Source: Tubulanus polymorphus (lineage: Eukaryota > Animalia > Nemertea). From it: a DNA stretch of 64,000 bases. The notes beneath the pieces were generated by a model, which ran no database searches, was not told the DNA's origin, and was given only the letters and a program-made list of their open reading frames with translations. The position numbers were made by a program, and so were the translations under genes. The DNA lies in NCBI RefSeq assembly GCF_964204645.1, contig NC_134036.1:11451563-11515562 (forward strand). The letters are read 5' to 3'. Shown one piece after another: positions 13,186 to 27,132 of this stretch (position 1 is its first letter; each line of letters begins with the position of its first letter).

Positions 13186-16100
13186 TTATCATGCTGCATT
13201 AGACACAGATCAACATCGGCTTTAGCTAGTGGAATTTTAATTCACTTTCTTAGCCCGCTGCAACCTTGAATTTTACCACATTTCAACGATAACTTAGTGA
13301 ATTTAGTCGTATGCCAGCTTAATTGAAGTTATACTGAATATCCGAAAAGCTGCTATCAAAATGCAATTAGTATTTTTTCTACCTTTTTTCTATGTGCTAG
13401 CAATGTTGTTAGATTTTACAAGGCCAAGTCTGACAAAAATCCAATTTCCGGACCCAAATATAATTTTATTAACATATATTCATTGCTTTGTGTTTATAAC
13501 AGGTGTCATCAAAGAACTGAACTATAAATTCGGTGAAGTATGTGAGGTAGAGGATATACAATTAGGCCAAATTATTTCATTTTTACCAACAACAGTAGGT
13601 GATATTAAAAACAAAAACACATTTACGGTTTAGGACGCTTTTACGGTCCAGCATCGCCTGCTGCTTGAGGAGCGAGAAACATTCAATGTATCCATCAATC
13701 AATACATTATGCCTACACTTAACCTGATCTCATAACTAGATATTTGTAAATATTGTGGAAGTAATCCGTCGGTAATTTCAGTTGTCATAAAGTTGAATAG
13801 AAGAACGTTTCTATAATCGATACAGAATTAGTGCATGTAAGTTTTCTTATTAACCATTTTACCCGATGAAGCATCAGTAAACCCCTTACACACTACGTTA
13901 TTTTCGCAGCGAATTTATTCGCACAGAGTGTTTCGCCAGAATGCGCGAGTGTCAGCGTAAAACTAACTACATATATTTGCTCACCGTTTGTTTAGGGACC
14001 TACCTCATGGTTGAGAAGTCGTGCGTCTAATCCCGCTCTCATCGACCGGTCTGATACAGTACACGGTCCAATGAGCCAATGAGAGATTCAGCAACGCTAG
14101 AACGATTATTTTTTGGAGCCACCTTCAACATCGATGTTTGTTCCTAGCTTATATACCAAAAATCGACTCTTAACGCACTGGTGATCACTGAACAATTGTT
14201 TTGTGGAGAAAAAAATCGATCGACCTGAAGTACGGCCTCGAAAATTTAGGGAGACCCGGGAGAAGTTATTTCCAGAATTTGGCGCAAAAAATTAGTCTTT
14301 CATATAGGGACCAATATGCGCGAGACAGCTGCGCGCGGTTGAATCAGTCAGGTTGATACACATGCCACTCTTTGGCCGATACAGTAACTTCTCGAAGTAA
14401 TTTAGAGCGATCGACGCATTAAATCCGCTCGAGACAGTCGTTTAACTGCGTTTAGGCAATACATTTAGTTCAGCGTTCTCACTATAAGAATAGCCGTGTG
14501 CTGTCGTATGTGTCTAACACCCTAAATTTAACAATGTAAAATATACATGAATCACCTACATTCGGCTTGGTCTTTATTACTTCAGATCAGTAGAAAACAT
14601 CGTAATCAACAGTAACAGTTACAAGAAAATTATTGTGTTAACTTGGGATGATTCGTATCCGTGGAAGAAAGTTAATTATTGATTGTATACACTATAATCT
14701 AGAAAATCATAAAACTCAATGGAATATCGTTTTTCAATCTTCCGTACACAAATTATCCTGATATGAAAATAAAGGGTACTTCAATGTACTACTTCAAATT
14801 ATACTGTATATTTAATTTTATTTAGTAGTATAAAAATAATGGATCAGCAGGCCACCTGAGACCAATCTACGACCTAAGGTCAGTTGCCTAAAGTTGTTTG
14901 GAGTTTACCAGTGGATTGTTAATATTTGTAATTGCAATTAAAACTTCATTGCTAAAATAACTTTGTATTTGTAGTATAGTCGCACTCAAATGTAGATATT
15001 TGACAAACCCGCTGCGTATAAATTTAAAACGATGATCTCTAGTGAGAGATCGAACGTCGTGTCGTAATTTTTAAATGATAAGCCATGGTTCGAAATTTGA
15101 AATATGCGCGTAGTGGGTCTTTTTCGTATTAAACGTGTATTTGGTCATGTATCATATGGTTTAATGGTTAATCTAAACTTTTTGTGAGTTATTAGTCCCG
15201 GAGTATCGTTGAATGATTCATGTAATACAGGATGCAATATTTCACTGAAAACAGTGGAAATAGCTAGAAAAGGTAACAATGTGCTTGCTAATGTACTAAT
15301 AATAAGTGCATTGGTAAACACAAAGCAAACATACATCGGTTGCTTAGGTTTTTCTAAGGGGGGACGTTTTGGGAAAATTAATGGTCAATCAGAAAAATAA
15401 ATGGTCAATTATTATCGAGATATCTAAAATGGAAGCTTTTCAGGGATCTAAAAAGTTGAACTGTCTGTACACAAGGAATTTTTTTTCTCTTTGTAGTCAA
15501 ATGTATGAATCCGTTATTACCTCTGGCGTGTAGATGCAATACAACAAAAAGAAACGAAATTCTTAATATGGACTTTCCTAAATTTACGTGAGTGTATGTT
15601 TAATCAGCATCAAAATTAAGCATTGGTACTCTAGATAAGAGATTATAAGCAGAACAAATTGAAAATAGTGAAAACTATTGGATTGAATTCAAATCATGGA
15701 CGAAGACTGATGTTTTACAGACAATTCGATCGAAAATAAGTGATAGATAATGAAGGTTGAAAGAATCTTCTCCAGTAGGTATAATAAGCTTTTATTCACA
15801 GAGGTATATTCGCTCTGGCTGTTTTCTTCCCAGTCTCGTTGTTTTTTTTCTACTTTAAATGTTTCCCGGTGTCTCATTTTAAATCATTTTACTCTTTAAA
15901 AGGAGGCTGGAGGAATGTTGTAACGTGTGCAGACCCTTACCACACATGGCTGGAATTCACGGATTTTCATGTATTTATGCGTCAAAACATTCCTCCAGCC
16001 CATGTATGGAATGTAAACGTACCTATACACGTCGCAACAACCAAAAATATCTTGTGTACTCGTCGGAACTCATGGCCGTACTATGTTTAGGTTTTCCTAC

Positions 16101-17885
16101 GTAGACACATACGTCACATCCAGACGTGTTTATTTACATTATTTCTATTAATTGTTTATGTCTGCCTCATGCATCAACGCAGGCAGTCTGGCAATAGTAA
16201 CACTAACCATGAACTCCAGCTTCCGTACACATCACTATCTTCCTAATATCCCCATGGACTTAATATTGTCGCCCCGAAAATCAAGATGAGACAAACCAAA
16301 CTCAGAACACAACACTCGCGACGATTGTATAATGAAATACGATTACAAAATATCACAGCAAATCATAGATTGAAAATATCGGACTTTTTAAAGTTCATAT
16401 AATTTTCTTCAATTCCAAAATTGAAAGTCAATTTATAGCTGCGCCTTATAACTGTTGCTGTTCCCTGTGAATTTACACCAATTCATAGGGAACAGCAACA
16501 CCTAATAACATAGTCAAATACTGGAGAAACGGACATCTGTTCTAACGATCATCACTAAATAGGGAATAATCTGTCGTATCTTCAGGCGAAGGTAAGGAAT
16601 CACATCAGACAGAAATATATACGACAAACACGAATTAAACATCGTACGAGACGCTATAACGGTATAGTAATAAAATGACGCTATAACGGTATAGTAATAA
16701 AATGACATAACTGGAGCTGACACAATATGTCACAAACCGCTAAAGGAACACCTAGAACCAAGCAAAATAGTACTCCTTTCTGCTGAAACCGAGAAATATA
16801 CTGTCTTTTAACCTGCGAAAATATCACAATAAATTTCATTCAGTTTTATAGAATCTATTTTTTTCATCTATATTTATTTTTTCACCATCAATTACATTTT
16901 TTCTGATGTTTACATGATTTATTATGAAAAGATATATTCGATTTACCAACATATTTATCACAACGTTTGGAAAATATTTTATTTTATCAACATTTTTACT
17001 TGCATTTCCATCCTCCAAGAAAAAAATTACCCCATATATTTTACCCAACATTTTAACCCAAAAACCTACCTAGCCTCATACTCCATACTTCTGGCCTCAA
17101 ACCCCCAATTTCCCTTTACTCACGGAGCTTGATCTAATTTTCTTCCTAAACTACAATTTCTCGCTACAATCATGTAACAATTTTTCAATCCCCCACCTGA
17201 CTCCAGTGGGTGCGGTGTAGATGTAAGTGGAGCTTTCCATTAGAAAAAAAATTAAGATGTGATGTAAAGATAATGATCGAGATGGTGGCACGAGCTAACG
17301 GCCGGCGTCGGTGAATCTCCTATGGAGCCACGTGTACGTGTACGCGTTCGCTGCGCAATGGTCCATTTGGTGCGAGCGAGATTTAGACTCACCACTTCGC
17401 AATAAAAAAGGTATGTTCTTATTTTCATTCATAAAAAAGACATGTACGTGATATAAAAAAGTCAGGCCGGTGTCGTCAATCTTCTGTCGTGTTCAACTAT
17501 TTAGCGAGTTTAAACAATGCAAAACAAGATATAGTGTACTACAAAGGTTGACATGAGATCAGCACAAGTAGTTGTTGTGAGGTCGAGTCCCAACGTGTCC
17601 TTCTTTCTTCACATCTAACAACAACCTGCTTACTACATCGTTTTTTATCTGACACCCATTAATAACTACCAACGCATACAGGAAATCAACATTACAAATA
17701 TTTTTAGCTACTACGAAATCTTGCTGCGGATCAATAGGACGCGAAAAGTGCGACTAGGACAAATTAATCTATAAACTTGTATTGCATCCGCATACAGAAA
17801 ATGCGCTGATCACTGCAGCTACACATGTACGTTTGAGCTGAATAACACAAACCTACGAGCAATAATCTCAACCTGAGATAATTGC

Positions 17886-18085
17886 TCGTAGCATCATTTG
17901 CATTAATAGTTACAGTTTTGAATTTATCAATATAATCATATGATAATGAAAATCCTGGATTGTATTTAGTTTGAATTGTGTTACAATATTTTCATCACTT
18001 ACTGCGTCATATTCTAAACATATATTCGATAATTTATAACCCATGTCTTTAACAACTCTAGATAATACCATATTTCTTGGAACGG
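17886..18085 (-). pseudogene. Fragment of a second, different Polinton/adintovirus-type capsid-like gene (mirror of 42991-43190)
   Basis: Same sequence as 42991-43190 in reverse; YKLSNICLEYD motif followed after a frameshift by GFSLSYDYIDKFKTVTINAND. Confidence 0.45.
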
Positions 18086-19856
18086 GGAGAATACGACGAT
18101 CCCCCGACGACTGTAATTATCAATCATCAAATCTATACTTATAAAAAAACTGAAACAACTACCTGTAAACGGTTTAAAATGCCGTCTGATTTATCAAACA
18201 CGAACGGTTCGTTTAACCCAAGTATTTTACTATTATTTTCACTTTTCCCATTTTCAGTCTACGAATGGTTGATCGCGCGGTAAGGCTACGGGGAATCCTA
18301 GGTTTCCACGTTTGGTGATGTGGCAAAACCTATAAAAGATGCATAATTTCCCTAACAAAGATATATCTTGCTCTGGACGTTCCTTTTGGATGGCGATACT
18401 AAAAGGGGAATTCGTTGTTTTGCATGGACTTGTAATAAACATTGTAATTGCACCGTATTATCAGTTGCGCGATAAAATCAAACTTAAGGACAGGTCGTTT
18501 GGTAAGAATTGGACTTTATTTCATAATTGTAAACACATTTTCGTGCTCTTTATTTCGTATTTTTCACTGCATTTTTGTATGTCAATTGACCATATGCATG
18601 TTTTCAGATATTCGAGAGCAACGACATTATTTAAACACATCTATCATATCAATCTTTATCTATCATCAATTCAGAAAACTTGTCTTAAGCACGTGTTCTA
18701 ATTGCGAATGCCCAGATTTCACAAATTGTTTTTTAGTGTCTTCGAGATCTGAAAAATGTAGGTGCTTGTTTAAAACATATTGGTTGGGAGGCTCAAGAAT
18801 AAACGAGATTTGAATCAATGATTGAAAAATACATACACCCACTTAACACAAATTCTAAAGATTTAGTATTAAATCAGACCAATCAAAAACAATTGTTGTT
18901 TACTGATAATTGAGTTTCTGATTTATATCCAAAACATGCTATAAAATCTAGCGTATTAATCTGCCACCATCAATAACCTGCAGCAAACGACGCGATAGTG
19001 ACCACAATCTGACCTTTAGCAAATACGAGAAATTAGTGAATATTTTCTTGTAACATTTTATCAATTTGAAGTCAATTTAATGGCATAGACAGTACTTCTT
19101 TTAGTCACGTGACTTTCTGTTGGCGGAGTGTTTCTATAGCCGTTAGTGCTAGGCGGTCAAATTGCTTGTGATTGGCATCAGATAAAGGAGAAAAATCGTC
19201 GGGCTCTCATTCCTTTGTCTGCTGGGAATTATTAGAGACGGTTTATGGTTCACTGTTTTGTAAACACGAAGGTCGTTTAATTGAAATAAGTTTACAGATT
19301 CCGTTAGTTGTCGAGAATCTTTTGAATGAAATAAAGTCCATAGTAACAAAATGAATTTAAGGCTATGAAATTCATAAAAATTGAATTGAAATCATCTAAA
19401 AACACGATTCGGTTATCGCGGCCACTTTGTTATCACACTACGTTATCTACTTACGGTTCTGCCTTCTAGTTAAAGTTCGGTTGCGGCGTTTAGTATTGGA
19501 ACATTTAGGCTGAAAATTCGCTCATGAATTTTATGCTTCATACATTAAATATAGTATTGGATTTTCTATTCAATGCTCACGACAGGTGCTAATTTCAGTA
19601 CTTAAAAACCTGAGTGGAATCGAGTGAAATATGAAACCTTTTCGTCTGGAATATTTTATCTCAAAATTCAGGATCTGATATTATTAAACTAAATAACGTT
19701 TTCAAACTTGTCATGTCAAATAAACCTAAAATGTATGGGACTGGATACAAAGTCAAATTAGTCCCAAATGACCGTGATTAGAGGCGGGTGAAACTGACTA
19801 AACGGTGCAACGGGATAAGCAGTCAAAGCAAACAAGACTGTAAAACTCGATTCAGG

Positions 19857-20402
19857 TGTCACCCTGATATAATTTGCATATTTCATAATCATATAGATCT
19901 ACAATGTCATATCCAACAGTTCATAATATTTCATAGCTCTACTAACTATTAATAATAATAATAATAATCATGATAATAATAATAATAATAATAATATTAA
20001 TAATAATAATAATAATAATATAATATAACTTATGACTATAGTGTTAATATGTGCTTTAAGGTCGTAATCAACATGTGACATTACTCAACATGTTTTCACG
20101 ATAATTAGCTATAGTCAGTGCTCATCGATAATTAATCAATGTCTCTCAAACATGTCACTAGGTGTTTGTTTGTGAGTCCTGGTATCTACAACTTGTCTGA
20201 CACCTAGTTCTCACATTATACTCATGATTCTGTATATAAAGACTATGTAAAGCTATGAAAATCATTCTCATTCCGGGATGCAATAAAGATTGTACATATA
20301 AGGTTTAACTGCCTTGTTGTTCCTGATGGATGGAATCCTGTACCGCTGGTGTAAATGCTAGTTCCCCAGCCAGCCTGCCGATACAACAACCAGCCGGTTA
20401 CA
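19857..20402 (+). repeat. 5' LTR of Gypsy 1, contains an (AAT)n tract
   Basis: TGTCACCCTG...GGTTACA; about 8 substitutions and a 6-bp indel versus the 3' LTR outside the microsatellite. Confidence 0.95.
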
Positions 20403-20858
20403 GATGGCGGAGAACCGGGTTTACCTTCACAGATCGACGGTTACAGATGGTGGAGAACCCAAATTTAAGTCCTCGTGACTTACACAAGTACAGACGAAGC
20501 TGCTGATATACGGATTCTGACTGAAACATACCACAAAATAGAAGATCGCATTCAACTACACTTGTGACAAAACTGTGCTGATCGCCGAAATCGCTGCTGT
20601 TTTGGTGGATACAACACATTATGGTAACTTGTTGTCAGCCATAGGTAATATAATTGAATCTTTGTCTCGAATTAGTGGTCGGATATTGAGTATAGGAAAT
20701 TATAGCTGTTTGAGTTTGGGAGCATTACCGTGTAGTTGAGCAGTTTGATATATATCTCAAGTTTCGATTGTTCAATTCAAAGTATTTTTCTAGCTATACA
20801 TTATTCATAATCAGTTTCATTTCGTTCTGTACACTTACTTGGTATACACTTCAAAAAG

Positions 20859-23800
20859 ATGAAGCGCATACATTGTAGTAAGGATGTTTGTCGCAAAGAA
20901 GCATCTCGATTATGGGTACCTGATATCAATGCGGTTGATATAAGCTTAGTTTCAGGGTTGAATCGGAATATTATAAACGTTGATATTAATAAACACTCCC
21001 AACGAGCATTAGTCGATACAGGTGCATCAATTTCATGTATTGCTAGATCAACGGTCGAAGGATGTATCAAAAATCCCATATATAGTCAATCGGATATAAA
21101 CATTATTAGAGGAGTTTGTGGGGAAGCACATTCAGTAATTGGTAGAATTGATGTACCAATTTGCATTCAATCTCATGTATTAACGCATAAGTTTTATGTA
21201 TTCGATAGGCTACATACAGATGTCATTCTAGGACTAGATTTTTTGAAGGAAAACAATGTAAACATTGACCTTGCATCAGGCACAATTGAATTTAAAGATG
21301 TTTCGATTCCATTAAAGATTCTTAGGAATAAACAAGAGCTGTACAGAAATAAAGCTAAAACGGTTAACAAGATAGTTATTTCACCAAATACTAAACAAAA
21401 AGTTCAAATAAGTGTCGATACGTTGGCGGAAGGTTCATTGGTTGTTTTTGAACCATACAACCACAAGTTATTGAATAAATGTTTAGGTGGAGGTAAAACA
21501 TTATGTAAAATCACGGACGGTAAAATTTTCGCTACTATTGTGAATCCTACTAATGAACCGATTCAAATTTCAAAAGATTACGTGCTTGGATTTGCATACA
21601 CAATGTAACTGACGATGATTGTTTTGATTTCGCAGATGACAATACTAGTGCAAACATTTTCTCCATTGATACTGAAACACCACGTGATTATGATGAAAAA
21701 ATTAAAATAGCGGAAAATTTAGGCATAAAAATTCCGGCAAATTCAGGATTGTCTCTTGAACAAAAGGAGAGATTAATGTATTTAATTGGATGTAATAGGT
21801 CGATATTTGCTAGTAACTTACAAGAAATCGGCAAAACTTCATTAGTTACGCATACGATAGAAACAACTGATGACTATGGCTTTTCAGATGCTTATGTCAA
21901 AATGTTTAGGTCATTTGAATTGGCAAGATAGAAACAACTGATGACGACCCTATAATTCAAAGACCTTATCGCAAAAGTCCACACTTGAGACAGGTAGAAA
22001 ACGACTTGGTTAACGAACTGTTAGATGCCGATCTTATTGAACCAACTGATTCTGTTTTCAATAATCCTGTGGTTTTGGTCAGAAAACCAGACAATACGTA
22101 TAGGTTTACTATTGATTTTAGAAAACTGAATTCGATAACGCAATCATTTCCACTACCTCATTTTGATGATGTATTCGACACTATAGCCGATGCTAAACCC
22201 ATGATATTTAGTAAATTAGATCTTAATTCAGGATTTCACCAGATACCGCTACATGAAGAATCGCGTCATAAAACAGCTTTTCAAACGACACAAGGCAAAA
22301 TGTGCTTCAAAAGAATGCCGATGGGAATTAAGAATGGTCCTATGGCTTTTCAGATGCTTATGTCAAAATGTTTAGGTCATTTGAATTGGTAATATGTATT
22401 GTGTTTCATTGATGATCTCATCATATTCTCTCAAGATTTTGACAGTCACTTAATTCATTTATCGAATGTTTTTGAGAAGCTTAAACAAGCCGGTCTAACT
22501 GCAAAACCGACTAAGTGTGAATTTGCTGTCCCAGACATTGAATATCTAGGTTATACGTTATCAGCCGAGGGTCTTCGTACTTGTAAAAAGAACATCGAAA
22601 AGGTTGACAGCTTTCCAGTTCCGACTAATGTCAAACAATTACGTAGTTTTCTAGGGTTGACAAATTTTTACAGGAAATTCATTCAAAATTATGCATCAAT
22701 AGTTTCTCCCTTGAATGCTTTGAACTGTAAAGATGTGAAGTTCAAATGGACCCCTGATTGTCAGAAAGCTTTTGATACGCTTAAACAGAAATTAACTAGT
22801 GATCCAATTTTGATATTCCCTGATTTCAATTCTCGTTTCTATCTCTCGGTTGACTCTTCGGACTATGCTATTGGTTACGTTTTGTCTCAGAAAAAGAATA
22901 ATTTAGAACATGTTATCGGATATGGTGGTCGCGCGTTACGTGTAAACGAAAAGAAATGGCATATTAGTGATAAGGAAGGATTAGCTTTGATTGAAGGAAT
23001 TCAGAATTTTCATCCCTACCTGATTGGAAATGAATTCACTGTGTATACTGATAGCAAAAGTTTAACGTATATTCATGAAAACCGACTAAATAAACGTATA
23101 GGACGTTGGGAATTGGCTCTTCAAGCATATGATTTTTCTGTTGAACACCGACCGGGTAAGAAAAATGGCAATTGCGACGGTTTAAGTAGACGAGATTATG
23201 ATAAACCTCCTTCTCCTAGACCTGATGATCCTTCACAAGAAACTGTTTTCACAGCAATGAAAAATGGATCTCAGTCTTATGAAGTCGTGTTTGATTATAC
23301 TAGCCCCGTGGTGGCTGAGTTAACTCCTGATACTTATAAGGAGATTGAACTGATTAAACCTGCTTATATAACTCACTTACAGCGGAATTGCCCTGAAGTT
23401 TGTCACATGTTGGAACATAAGTTAGATCCATCATATGCTGTCAACGATGAAAAACTGTTTCGAAAGCTCAGTTGGAGGGCCGACCAATATGGTATTATCG
23501 ATGGCACGTTATAGTATTTGTATACGCCTAGAGTTACTGGTATTCCTAAAGCCGAGAAGGTCATCCCAGTTCTTGAAGTTCCTAGGTCATTACGGTCGGA
23601 AATATTGAAAGCTTACCACGATTCATTAGTGGGGGGTTGCCACCAGGGTCGAGATCGTCTTTATGGTGTTTTACGTAATAAATATCATTGGGATTCCATG
23701 TATGAAGATTGCGGGAAATATGTTTCTACTTGTGAGAATTGCCAACAGGTCAAACGGAATTATCATAGTCATCCAACACCCTTACAACCATTACCAATTG

Positions 23801-25839
23801 AAGGCTTATTCTCCAGATGGCACATTGACTTCCTTTGCAATCTTCCTGAGACACCTAATGGTAATAAGCATATTCTACTCGTGGTAGATAGCTGGAGTAA
23901 ATGGCCCGAGGCTTTTCCTCTCAAAACTCAGGAAACAACAGAGGTACCAAAGGTTCTCTTTAAAGAGATATTTTCGCGGTATGGTGCGCCTCATTCTTTA
24001 GTTTCTGATCGCGGTAAAAAATTTATGTCTAAGTTAGTTGGAGCTCTCTGTGAATTGTTTCACGTGAAACAACATTTCACCGCTCCGTACCATCCTCAAT
24101 CAAACTCAGTTTGCGAGAGAACTAACCAGTACATTTGGCAGTCGCTTAGATCGTATTGTAACCAGGATCAGACTAATTGGGATACACTAATGCCAAGTGT
24201 AATGATGAGTTATAGGCATGTTCCCTCAACTGAAGGTTCAGGTTTTAGCCCTTACCACATGTTATTTGGTCAAGAAATGCGTCTACCAATAGACACGGCT
24301 TTAATTCCACGCCATTCGTTAGCTACTGATCATAAGGCATACTTATCACATATATTAAGGCAGCTGGTCATATCACGAAATATTGCTAACGAGAATATTA
24401 AAAGAGCTCAAAATAAGTATAAAACTCAGTTCGATAAAAAGGCATCAAAACCTCAGTTTCAGATTACTGATCGCGTTTGGCTAAAAGTCATGAAAGTTAA
24501 GAAAGGAAAATCACCAAAGCTGTGTAAAAAATACGTAGGTCCCTATTTCATTCAGTCAATAGCTAGTAAAGGGGCTTATCAATTACGAAGAATCTCTGAT
24601 AACGTTTTACTCCCATCGCATGTCAATGGGAACCGTCTTAAGTTATACAAAGATCCTTCATCGCGTCCGAATTATGAAGAGGTCGCATGGGATGGTTCAA
24701 CAGCTGAGGAAAACCCTGAATTATTCGACGAGATTCATGGGCGCTTAAAATCTAAACCTAGCAATCTAGCTGATACTCCAACTGACACTCAAATTTCGGC
24801 AGACGATAACAAAGATAGACCGGTCGTTACTGACACTTTCAATAAATCAGATATTAAAAAAATTCTACAGTACAAACTAGAAAATGGTTTATGTAAATAT
24901 CGCGTAAAATGGAAGTCAGATTTAAATCGTGAAAATTCTTGGGAATTAGGAAAATGGATCCCAAATAAACTAATTCGACACTTTCACGAAAAATATGCGG
25001 CATCAGGCAAAAAACGTAAGAAACCTTGCAAAAGTAAGTTTTTTGATCGCATTACAGACAATGCTGATAATAATCAGGGAAATCAAAACGATCGAAATGA
25101 TAACGAGAATGACGTAGCAAATATTATAATCACAAATAGAGATAGATGTCAGGGTAGTGAATTAGAGATACGTGCAAAACCTAGAAGAAAATTAAATGGA
25201 ACCGTAATACAGGGTGTATACGTTACTAATGATCGCTTCCAGGAATTTGATAATCAGATATCTAATGAAGACTCATCAAATAATGAGAATGTAAATAGTG
25301 TATATTGTTCAGCTCGATCGAAAACTCACCAAGAACATACAATTGAGGAAAGCGTTAAGAGTAGTTCAGATTCAAGTAATGTCGCTATCGAAGAGGCTAT
25401 TTGGACGGGAAATCGTCGGGCGTTATGTCCATGCCCTACAGGACAAACTATAGTTGCCACTAACTTTCAGAATAATGTGCTATTCGTAAAATATTATCAT
25501 GGCAGTCCATGGTACAGGGCATCGAATCGCGATTGGTTTGAAATAAGTGATTATGGAAAAACTCTCGAACAGCTATGGGGTATTAATCATGTCATTTCTG
25601 CGAATGAAAAGCCTCCCACCGAAATTGAACTCAGAAAATTCGGCGGACCGTTAGCCTCTAGGGCCGTATCAACTCGTTTCAACGACCAGGGTGTCTTAGA
25701 ATATTATGTTCTATTTGGGCGCTTTGCTCCACCTTTATGGCTGCCTTGGTATGAAACACCTCCTAGCATACAGAGTCAGTACGCTTCGCATTTGAAATCA
25801 ATTTCGTCGAAACTCAATAGTTACGGTAGGTTTTCTTAA
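20859..25839 (+). pseudogene. pol: Disrupted pol: aspartic protease, RT, RNase H, integrase, chromodomain(s)
   Basis: LVDTGAS; FTIDFRKLN, LDLNSGFHQ, FIDD; DSSDYAIG, VYTD; HHCC (H..H..CENC), HIDF..SDRG..ERTN; GPY; YRVKWK..NSWE; broken by a frameshift near 21600, a 71-bp insertion near 21875, and stops at 22390 and 23512. Confidence 0.95.
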
Positions 25840-26595
25840 GTTTCCCGGATATCATATGAATATCAGCGATAGTCGTTTTAAGTGAAGTGCATGAAATCAT
25901 TCGTAGAAAACACGCAAATAACGTCATTGTAAATCTGATACGAGATATAACTGAGATGAGTGTACAGTACGGTATGAATTTATCAATGATATAATATAAC
26001 GTGGATTAATTGAGACTGCGATGATAAGTGTTCAATTATGCTGGTGGTGTCATCTTTGCTCCATTACTATGGTTATTCTTTATTTACTTCTGACCACTTT
26101 TTTGGATAATGATCAGTTTTTTTTTCTTTTGGTTGACAAGGGTAACTGTATTTGTGTGGTGTCATTGCCTGAACACTGCTCTGATGTCAGATGTTGCATG
26201 TTACTATCATTGTGTCATGAAGTTATTTCCAGTCAGTAATCGGAAGATCTTCAAAACGGAGAAATGCGTACCAGTACTACTTGCAATCACCAACCGGACT
26301 CTATAACTACACAACACGTCGTTACTTCTGTTCCTTCGTCGCAGAATCAGCCAGAATTCGGGGATCCTTTGCAGATAATTACAATTAACGTATCATCGCA
26401 TTGACCGTATATAACGACAACATGTGACTCTTTCGTGAATGACTAATCATCCGGATGTTACTGTCCAGCGTTTGCACATTTTCGCGCGGTGAAACTCATT
26501 ATGCGTTCTCGCAGTGGAAGGAGTTTTAATGAACTTATACCATCTGCGTTTTCCGCAAATTTGGAGGACCAAATTTAATTGGACAAGGGGGCATC

Positions 26596-26705
26596 TGTCA
26601 CCCTGATATAATTTGCATATTTCATAATCATATAGATCTACAATGTCATATCCAACAGTTCATAATATTTCATAGCTTTACTAACTATTAATAATAATAA
26701 TAATG

Positions 26706-26756
<51 letters not shown>

Positions 26757-27132
26757 TAATATAACTTATGACTTTAGTGTCAATATGTGCTTTAAGGTCG
26801 TAATCAACATGTGACATTACTCAACATGTTTTCACGATAATTAGCTATAGTCAGTGATCATCGATAATTAATCAGTGTCTCTCAAACATGTCACTAGGTG
26901 TTTGTTTGTGAGTCCTGATATCTACAACTTGTCTGACACCTAGTTCTCACATTATACTCATGATTCTGTATATAAAGACTATGTAAAGCTATGAAAATCA
27001 TTCTCATTCCGGGATGCAATTAAGATTGTACATATAAGGTTTAACTGCCTTGTTGATGGATGGAATCCTGTACCGCTGGTGTAAATGCTAGTTCCCCAGC
27101 CAGCCTGCCGATAAAACAACCAGCCGGTTACA
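26596..27132 (+). repeat. 3' LTR of Gypsy 1
   Basis: Follows the PPT; near-identical to 19857-20402. Confidence 0.95.

Larger units (their letters stand above)
11310..18085 (+). repeat. Left arm of ~6.7-kb inverted duplication
   Basis: Reverse complement of 42991-49610 along its length; mirrored ORFs (16514-16723 vs 44351-44560, 15689-15877 vs 45198-45386, 12248 vs 48681); outer end GTGATGCGTCATCGCGCACTG, inner end TTTCTTGGAACGG. Confidence 0.95.
19857..27132 (+). mobile_element. Ty3/Gypsy LTR retrotransposon 1 (gag-less, chromodomain-bearing, inactivated)
   Basis: TG..CA LTRs 19857-20402 and 26596-27132; 4-bp TSD CAGG; PBS-like TGG(C/T)GGAGAA; PPT GGACAAGGGGG at 26581; PR-RT-RH-IN order. 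Confidence 0.97.

Noticed and set aside
15100-17500. ORFs conserved between the two arms as real genes
   Set aside because: Conservation is explained by recent duplication; no domains and frequent stops
25840-26595. env-like ORF in the Gypsy 1 3' region
   Set aside because: Only short ORFs with no recognisable envelope features
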